Source of the DNA: an uncultured Pseudobdellovibrionaceae bacterium | Lineage (GTDB): Bacteria; Bdellovibrionota_B; Oligoflexia; Oligoflexales; Bog-1112 | Length of the DNA stretch: 22,018 nucleotides | NCBI GenBank assembly: GCA_964635325.1 | Contig: CAZWOL010000049.1 | Coordinates: forward strand, 1 to 22,018 | Direction of reading: 5' to 3' | In this document: piece by piece, positions 16,140 to 22,018 of the stretch | How the letters are laid out: each line of letters begins with the position of its first letter | Position numbering within the stretch: the stretch's first letter is position 1 | Notes under the pieces: generated by a model | The model's input: the letters and a program-made list of their open reading frames with translations, nothing else | What the model was told of the DNA's origin: nothing | Databases searched by the model: none | Made by a program: the position numbers and the translations under genes

Positions 16140-16811
16140 ATGCTAACGTTATCACTCAAAAAGATTGCTGTTGTGAGTATGGCTCTTGCGCCTCTAATTA
16201 TTGGTTTTCCAGAAGCAATGGGCGCACGCGACTCAAGCCCACCCGCAGCAATGGAACATAGACCAGTCCTAGAGATCACCGAAAAAAAAGACATCTATCA
16301 TTTGATGGGAAAGATCACTGTTCTCTCTCCTCCGCAAACAGCATGGGATGTGGTTGCAGACTATGAGCAGTACCCCAATTACATCACTGTTGCCAAAGAG
16401 ATCAAGATCAGGAGTCGCAAAGCCAACGATCTTATTATTTGGCAGCAGGCACATGCCAAACCACTCTACCTCTTTGACCTGACTGTCGGTGTCGAGCTCA
16501 AAGTGCATGAGACTCCTCTAAGCTTGATTACATTTGAAGATCAGTTGCACAAAGATTTTGAAATTTTCTATGGAACGTGGACGTTCACACCTGGCCCCAA
16601 AGGCACTGAAGTCGTATATGAACTGACCGCAAAAATGAAAACGATGGTTCCCAACTGGATCATTGAAAAAGTTTTGCATATAGGACTAGAGCGCTGTCTG
16701 ACACAAATACGGGATCAGATTCTGCGCAAAACAGAGCCAGGTTGGAAACCTCAAGCAGCACAAGCCACACCGTCGATACAACCCGCTGAAAAGAACACAT
16801 CTGTCAAATAA
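16140..16811 (+). CDS. secreted SRPBCC-superfamily (polyketide cyclase/dehydrase-like, Bet v1 fold) protein
   Basis: The signal peptide is MLTLSLKKIAVVSMALAPLIIGFPEAMGA. The core ITVLSPPQTAWDVVADYEQYPNYI...FEIFYGTWTFTPGPKGTEVVYEL...VPNWIIEKV is typical of SRPBCC ligand-binding domains. Confidence 0.75.
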   Translation: MLTLSLKKIAVVSMALAPLIIGFPEAMGARDSSPPAAMEHRPVLEITEKKDIYHLMGKITVLSPPQTAWDVVADYEQYPNYITVAKEIKIRSRKANDLIIWQQAHAKPLYLFDLTVGVELKVHETPLSLITFEDQLHKDFEIFYGTWTFTPGPKGTEVVYELTAKMKTMVPNWIIEKVLHIGLERCLTQIRDQILRKTEPGWKPQAAQATPSIQPAEKNTSVK

Positions 16812-16887
16812 GCGCATCGCGAAAAAGATTCAAGCTTGGTAAAAAATAGACACTTGATTGATCTTTCATCTGTATAGGGAGGGGTCT

Positions 16888-18534
16888 ATGCTGCGCTTAG
16901 CATGGCTTTTTGTTTGTGCATTTAGCATCTTGTTCCAAAACTCTGCATTTGCAATGCATCCGCTTCACAAGTGGGTGGAAGATATCGGACCTAAACATTT
17001 TTCAGAACATCAGGATGAGTTTCGAGATGAGTTGCGCAAATATACGGACAAGCAAGGGCGCGTCACATCCGAATTGCAAGCTATATTGAGCGAGATGCAA
17101 CTCCGTTTTTTCCCAGTCTTCAACGAGTCTGCACGCGCAGACTTTCAAGACCGTCTTGCAGATATTGGAGCAAAACATCTCGATACAATGCAGCTGCCAC
17201 GCAGGAACACACCCTTTTGGTTGTTAGAGAAGGGCCCACTTCATAATTATCGTTCACACGCAAAGTTTCCGACTCAAGCAGATGTTGTGATCATAGGAGC
17301 TGGACTCACAGGAGCATCGGCTGCCTATCATCTAAGTCAGGCAGCACTGCAAGGCAAAAGCATTGTTGTACTTGAAGAGGGTCAAATTGCATCTCAGTCT
17401 AGCGGAAAAAATGGAGGTAACTTTCAGCTGCTCCCAGAAAGTTACGTAGGTGACTATACGGGTATGGTTGAAGAACGAGAGAAGTGGTTGACAACACAAC
17501 ATCCTGAATGGACTGCAAAGCACCTTCGAGAAGTTGCCAACAGGCAGGCTAAAGTCCTCTTCTCTTTCAGTTACAAGAATTTCCTACGTTTTAGCGACAT
17601 CATCGAACGTGAAAAAATCGAGTGTGATTTTTCTCCAAAAGGTTGGCTCAAGCTAGCTTTGACTGCTGATGAAGAAGAGGCATTGCGCAGGGACACAACT
17701 TGGATGTTGAGTATGGGTATCGACGCAGGTTTGGAACTTTGGTCACCGGAGTTTATACGTCAGCATCTATTCATAGACACACCTTTTGAAGGACGTTTTG
17801 TTCCGAAGAATGGGAACTACCACCCCTACAAGTTTGTGACTGAACTTCTGTCTCGTTCACTTAGCAAGGGAGTGCAACTATACACTCGGGTTAAAGTTCT
17901 GAAGATCAAAGAGCTCAATGCTGGTGGCGTGCTCATACAAACATCAAAGGGACCATTGAAAGCCGCAAAAGTGATTGTCGCTACGAATAGCGCAACGCCT
18001 AAGTTGCTTGCAGATCTTTCCGAAATCAAAACTCATGAGTCGATGATTATCAACTTAGAGCATGTCGAAGATCGCACCCGTGGAATGACCATCACTGAAC
18101 ATGCAGGAGACATCTACTATCATTTTCCGAAATCCAAGCAGTATCACGACGGACAAGTGGCACGCGGAATGCTGCACTATGGTTTGGATTTTGATGAGAG
18201 CATTCCAGACCAAGACAAAGTTGCGCGTATAGAACCGCACTTTCGTCTGATGAAAGACTTTATGGACGAACGTTTTCCAGATACCGTTGGACAACCTGCC
18301 AGTCGCTTTTGGATAGGTCCCATGGGTTTTACAAAAGATAGAACTCCACTCATTGGTTTTTACCATAGCCCAGAACACCCTAAGCACCAAGACATCGTCG
18401 TTGCTGCAGCATTTCAAGGCTATGGAGGAAGTTTTTGCACACAGGCAGGTTATGTCGCAGCACAGATGGCTCTAAGCGGTCAGGTTCATGCAGATGTTCC
18501 GGAAGAGGTCTTCTCTCCGCTCCGCTTTCGCTAA
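16888..18534 (+). CDS. FAD-dependent oxidoreductase (DAO family) with signal peptide and ~110-aa N-terminal extension
   Basis: A GGGAGGGG Shine-Dalgarno at 16876-16883 precedes ATG 16888 (MLRLAWLFVCAFSILFQNSAFA). The dinucleotide-binding motif DVVIIGAGLTGASAAYHL lies about 140 aa in, and a C-terminal FQGYGGS is present. The ORF track lists the start at 16858. Confidence 0.85.
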   Translation: MLRLAWLFVCAFSILFQNSAFAMHPLHKWVEDIGPKHFSEHQDEFRDELRKYTDKQGRVTSELQAILSEMQLRFFPVFNESARADFQDRLADIGAKHLDTMQLPRRNTPFWLLEKGPLHNYRSHAKFPTQADVVIIGAGLTGASAAYHLSQAALQGKSIVVLEEGQIASQSSGKNGGNFQLLPESYVGDYTGMVEEREKWLTTQHPEWTAKHLREVANRQAKVLFSFSYKNFLRFSDIIEREKIECDFSPKGWLKLALTADEEEALRRDTTWMLSMGIDAGLELWSPEFIRQHLFIDTPFEGRFVPKNGNYHPYKFVTELLSRSLSKGVQLYTRVKVLKIKELNAGGVLIQTSKGPLKAAKVIVATNSATPKLLADLSEIKTHESMIINLEHVEDRTRGMTITEHAGDIYYHFPKSKQYHDGQVARGMLHYGLDFDESIPDQDKVARIEPHFRLMKDFMDERFPDTVGQPASRFWIGPMGFTKDRTPLIGFYHSPEHPKHQDIVVAAAFQGYGGSFCTQAGYVAAQMALSGQVHADVPEEVFSPLRFR

Positions 18535-18535
18535 G

Positions 18536-19276
18536 CTAGCCTTTTAGAGCTTTTGTCAGAAAATCCATAGGTAGCGGAAAGAACGTTGTTGTCTTACCTT
18601 CACCCGTCGAAATTTCTTTCATCGTATCGAGGTAGCGCAAGATAATAGCGCTCTTCTCAGCATCGATAACACGTGCCGCCTCTGCAAGTTTCTTTGATGC
18701 TTCGAGTTCACCTTCTGCGGAGATGACCTTAGCTTTCTTGTCTCGCTCTGCCTGAGCTTGCTTTGCCATCGCTCGTTGCATTTCAATTGGTAAATCGATC
18801 GCTTTGACTTCGACAGCAGAGACTTTGATTCCCCATGGTTCGGTATGTTCATCAAGAATCATCTGCAACTTAGCGTTGATTTTGTCACGATTGGAGAGAA
18901 TCTCGTTGAGTTCAAACTGGCCGATCACAGAGCGCAGAGTTGTCTGTGCAATTTGTCCAGTGGCATGCAGATAGTCTTCGACAGCAATCACGCTACGATC
19001 GGGTTTGTCGACGCGAAAGTACACAACACCGTTAACTTTCAAGGTGACGTTGTCACTGCTGATAATATCCTGTGATGGGACATCCATTGTCACGGTACGC
19101 AGATCCACCCTCTGCATTTTTTCCAATAGGGGGATAAGAATGATCAAGCCAGGCCCTCGAATTCCGGTATAGCGACCGAGCCGAAAAATAACAGCGCGTT
19201 CATATTCATTCAAAATTTTTATGGTATTGAACAATATGAATGCGACCAAAGCCACTAGAAAAATCATTGGTGCCAT
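18536..19276 (-). CDS. SPFH/band-7 (stomatin-like) membrane protein
   Basis: An N-terminal TM helix is followed by [12 protein letters not shown]. The SPFH core runs through ...[26 protein letters not shown]..., and the C-terminus has a coiled-coil with Ala/Glu/Lys-rich repeats. Confidence 0.9.
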   Translation of the reverse strand: MAPMIFLVALVAFILFNTIKILNEYERAVIFRLGRYTGIRGPGLIILIPLLEKMQRVDLRTVTMDVPSQDIISSDNVTLKVNGVVYFRVDKPDRSVIAVEDYLHATGQIAQTTLRSVIGQFELNEILSNRDKINAKLQMILDEHTEPWGIKVSAVEVKAIDLPIEMQRAMAKQAQAERDKKAKVISAEGELEASKKLAEAARVIDAEKSAIILRYLDTMKEISTGEGKTTTFFPLPMDFLTKALKG

Positions 19277-19318
19277 CAGAAAGTCTCTCCTCTATAGTGT
19301 GATCAGGAGGATGCAAGC

Positions 19319-20452
19319 GTGAAGACTCTAACCATAAAAAGATCACAACTTACTTACCCCGGATCCTATCGTGATTTGCGAGTCGATACATACAGCTCCC
19401 AATCATCTATAAAACGTGCTGTTGTGATGACGACAGCATTTATTGAAAATGGGTACTGGTATCAGATCGAAAAGAAAGGATACTCGCTCGCTAAAAGAAT
19501 AGCGCAAGAAGGATTTGATGTCTACGTCTTGAGTTTTGTACTCAAAGAGAAATGGCCGGCGCACAAAATTCCCCAAGATGCTTCTTTTAGCGAAATGGTC
19601 TGCGAACATTTACCCAATCTACATCGACAGCTTGCTGCGCAGTACCAAGACATTCACTATATTGGACATAGTTTTGGTGTCACTGTTCTACTGGCATATT
19701 TGATGGGCTACCGCAAAAATCCTAAGGGTGAGTGGATGCCAGATGCCAAAGATGCTGAGCAAAATGCGAACAAAGTCCGTTCTTTTGTAAGCCTTGCGGG
19801 TCTTTTCCAACTGCAGTGGCCTAAGCGCAGTTTGTTTCCAGATCCAACGGCATTCAAAACGTGGATCTATCCGCTTCTAAGTTATACAGCAGCGCAGCTA
19901 CCTTCATTAGCGAAAATCCCCTGGGAGCAACGCCTCCCCACGAGCAAGCTCTCTGCAACACGGCATTGGCCAGTATCTGCAGTAACACTAGGCATGCTGA
20001 AATGCCTCGAAGCGATTGGACTTATGCCTAGCTTTCATTTTGCAAATGCGGATATGGAAGCTCTGCGTCTTGCAATGAGTGAAGGCTCAAGCGATGAGAG
20101 CATGGAGCTCTTTCGAACTGTACTTGGACTGCACCCAAATGCTCGTCCTCTCGTTTCGAATACAGCGAAGCGAGGTCGAGCGCCATCGAATAAAAAAGCT
20201 GCACATGCAGCACTCCATAATTTTTGCGAGGATCTTAGGCACATTCACACCCCCATTTTATTTATACAGGGCGAGTTAGATCAGATCACACATCCACAGA
20301 CCATACAACGATATGGTTTTGATCGCGTTCAGTCTGTTGACAAAACGTTTACAATTCTAAAAAACACTGGACACCAAGATATGCTGGCAGCTAAAAATCC
20401 CGAGAAACTCTTTGTTGAACTTAAGAATTGGCTAAACCGTGAGTTCTCCTAA
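19319..20452 (+). CDS. alpha/beta-hydrolase fold esterase/lipase-like protein
   Basis: The nucleophile elbow is IGHSFG. An acid residue sits in GELDQI and a His in NTGHQDM, with a ~150-aa lid insertion between the Ser and Asp. The start is GTG 19319, with an AGGAGGA Shine-Dalgarno 7 nt upstream. ATG 19427 is an alternative start. Confidence 0.75.
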   Translation: MKTLTIKRSQLTYPGSYRDLRVDTYSSQSSIKRAVVMTTAFIENGYWYQIEKKGYSLAKRIAQEGFDVYVLSFVLKEKWPAHKIPQDASFSEMVCEHLPNLHRQLAAQYQDIHYIGHSFGVTVLLAYLMGYRKNPKGEWMPDAKDAEQNANKVRSFVSLAGLFQLQWPKRSLFPDPTAFKTWIYPLLSYTAAQLPSLAKIPWEQRLPTSKLSATRHWPVSAVTLGMLKCLEAIGLMPSFHFANADMEALRLAMSEGSSDESMELFRTVLGLHPNARPLVSNTAKRGRAPSNKKAAHAALHNFCEDLRHIHTPILFIQGELDQITHPQTIQRYGFDRVQSVDKTFTILKNTGHQDMLAAKNPEKLFVELKNWLNREFS

Positions 20453-21530
20453 ATTGACGACTGAAAAAACCATAGGTGTTCTTCTCATTAATACAGGTAC
20501 GCCTTCGCATCCGACCTACCTTGGTGTGCGACGCTACCTTCAGCAATTTCTGAGCGATCGACGGGTTCTAAACATGTCTCCCCTCGCTCGTTTTCTTTTG
20601 TTGCAACTCGTGATCTTACCTCTACGTTCAGCACGCTCGGCACACGCGTATAGACAGATTTGGACAAAAGAAGGCTCTCCATTACGCACCCATCATTTTC
20701 GTCTTGGTGAGGGCTTGCAAGCGGCACTGGGCCCTCGCTACAAAGTCGTATGTGGGATGCGTTATGGTGAGCCATCACTAGAAAGCGTTTGGGAGCAGCT
20801 CAAAGATGTCTCCGAGTGTGTGCTCTTTCCACTTTTTCCACAGTATGCAGCATCCTCAACAGCAAGCGCACTAGCCGAAGCGATGCGAGTGATGGGCCTG
20901 CATTGGAATGTTCCGACTGTTCGTACTATTGCCCCATTTTTTGCAGACCATGGTTTTATAGATGCTTTTGTTCAGCAGGTTCATGCAAGAGCTCGTGAAG
21001 TTATGGGCACTCCTAAGCATGCTGAAACAATGCAACAAGATACAGGCACATCCATAAAACCATGGGAGCACCTTGTGATGAGCTTTCATGGTTTGCCAGA
21101 AGACCATGTGGAACAAAGCGGATGCAAACGCTCATGCCTGCAAAATACTTGCACCACAACAAACACATCCTGCTACCGTGCTCAGGCTTTCCAAACCGCA
21201 CGTCTGCTTGCGCAAGCCCTAGGCCTGTCGAATGATGAATATTCGGTTGGCTTTCAGTCTCGTCTAGGTTCAAAACCGTGGATCAAACCCTACTTTGACC
21301 ACGTGCTTCCTGAGCTAAGGAAGAAGGGTTTTAGACGCATTGGTGTCGTGTGCCCCTCGTTCGTTGCAGACTGCTTAGAAACACTGGAAGAGATTCAAAT
21401 TCGGGCTCGAACATCATGGAAAGAGTTGGGGGGAGAGGAACTGATTTTTGTACCGTGTCTGAATGCAAGTGATGTGTGGGTCCAAGCAGCAGCACGGTTG
21501 GTGAGAGACGCAGGGCTAGGGCAGACCTAG
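20439..21530 (+). CDS. hemH: ferrochelatase with internal Cys-rich insertion
   Basis: The N-terminus reads IGVLLINTGTPSHPT...YLQQFLSDRRV. The motifs SFHGLPE, IGVVCPSFVADCLETLEE and IFVPCLN are classic ferrochelatase blocks. The start is ambiguous: GTG 20439, overlapping the upstream gene by 14 nt, or TTG 20454. Confidence 0.9.
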   Translation: MSSPKLTTEKTIGVLLINTGTPSHPTYLGVRRYLQQFLSDRRVLNMSPLARFLLLQLVILPLRSARSAHAYRQIWTKEGSPLRTHHFRLGEGLQAALGPRYKVVCGMRYGEPSLESVWEQLKDVSECVLFPLFPQYAASSTASALAEAMRVMGLHWNVPTVRTIAPFFADHGFIDAFVQQVHARAREVMGTPKHAETMQQDTGTSIKPWEHLVMSFHGLPEDHVEQSGCKRSCLQNTCTTTNTSCYRAQAFQTARLLAQALGLSNDEYSVGFQSRLGSKPWIKPYFDHVLPELRKKGFRRIGVVCPSFVADCLETLEEIQIRARTSWKELGGEELIFVPCLNASDVWVQAAARLVRDAGLGQT

Positions 21531-22018
21531 CTCCGTCACAAATTTAGTAAAAGGCAGAACTCTAACATTGTCTATTTGGAAGTCTTTTGTTCCGAGGTGA
21601 ACTTGATAAAAGAAAGGAATAGACGTGCGTTCCGCAAAATAGCGAATAGCAGGTTGGATTTGTTGCTCACCGGTTTTGCATTCCACTGCAAAAATCGGCT
21701 TTTTATCACGAAGCACTACAAAATCGACTTCACGCTTATCCGTATCTCGTATAAAACGCAGCTCCATTCCATAGCCTTCTATATCTTCGATATAATGACA
21801 GTACTTGAGCAACTGAGATGCAATAAGATTTTCAAATTTTGCTCCGGGGCTTTCAATAGACGACCAATCCCAGAGATATAACTTTTTCTCTTTTTTAACA
21901 GCACGTATCTTGGGTGCGCCATAAGGTAAAATTCGAAAACAAATATAAAGATTTTCGAGAATAGACAACCATCTTTCAACCGTCTTGTGATCAACCTGCA
22001 AGTCCTCACGCAAACTAT
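21516..22018 (-). CDS. AAA-family ATPase with C-terminal DUF4143 domain (COG1373-like), 5'-truncated by window edge
   Basis: The C-terminal region has the DUF4143-type pattern ...TVERWLSILENLYICFRILPYG...KKLYLWDWS...FENLIASQLLKY...GMELRFIRDTDKREVDFVV. The reading frame remains open to position 22018. Confidence 0.65.
   Translation of the reverse strand, partial: SLREDLQVDHKTVERWLSILENLYICFRILPYGAPKIRAVKKEKKLYLWDWSSIESPGAKFENLIASQLLKYCHYIEDIEGYGMELRFIRDTDKREVDFVVLRDKKPIFAVECKTGEQQIQPAIRYFAERTSIPFFYQVHLGTKDFQIDNVRVLPFTKFVTELGLP

Noticed and set aside
1-22018. CRISPR arrays, tRNA/rRNA genes, IS elements or integrases
   Set aside because: No short direct-repeat arrays, no tRNA-like cloverleaf sequences and no transposase or integrase-like ORFs were seen on either strand.

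Overview
This is a gene-dense bacterial window of 22 kb with about 16 protein-coding genes and no rRNA, tRNA or CRISPR. Lipobox and Sec signal peptides plus a SlyB-like glycine-zipper protein suggest a Gram-negative organism. The flanks are housekeeping genes with GC that hand-counted 60-nt samples put at about 50-60%: gap, a pentapeptide-repeat protein, a GloB-like MBL hydrolase, tdk, a UPF0045/YkoF-like protein, hflX (minus strand), hemH, and a truncated DUF4143 ATPase at the right edge. The centre is different. At about 5.8-16.1 kb two tandem paralogous genes encode giant (~1120 aa) secreted lipoproteins built from fibronectin-III-like repeats plus purple-acid-phosphatase (calcineurin-like metallophosphoesterase) modules. 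Together these two genes carry three copies of the FN3-like + YAWLQL-domain + phosphoesterase module, with different degrees of active-site motif decay. They are followed on the same strand by a cytoplasmic unorthodox hybrid histidine kinase (GAF-PAS-PAS-PAS-HisKA-HATPase-REC-Hpt). This block is visibly AT-richer (~35-40% GC by the same counts) than its flanks, so it looks like an accessory island. Downstream are a secreted SRPBCC protein, a secreted FAD oxidoreductase with an N-terminal extension, an SPFH/stomatin protein, an alpha/beta hydrolase, and a ferrochelatase carrying an internal 4-Cys insertion (candidate [2Fe-2S] site). Several perfect palindromes and a candidate promoter are noted. 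Every assignment rests on motifs recognised by eye; no database search was run.
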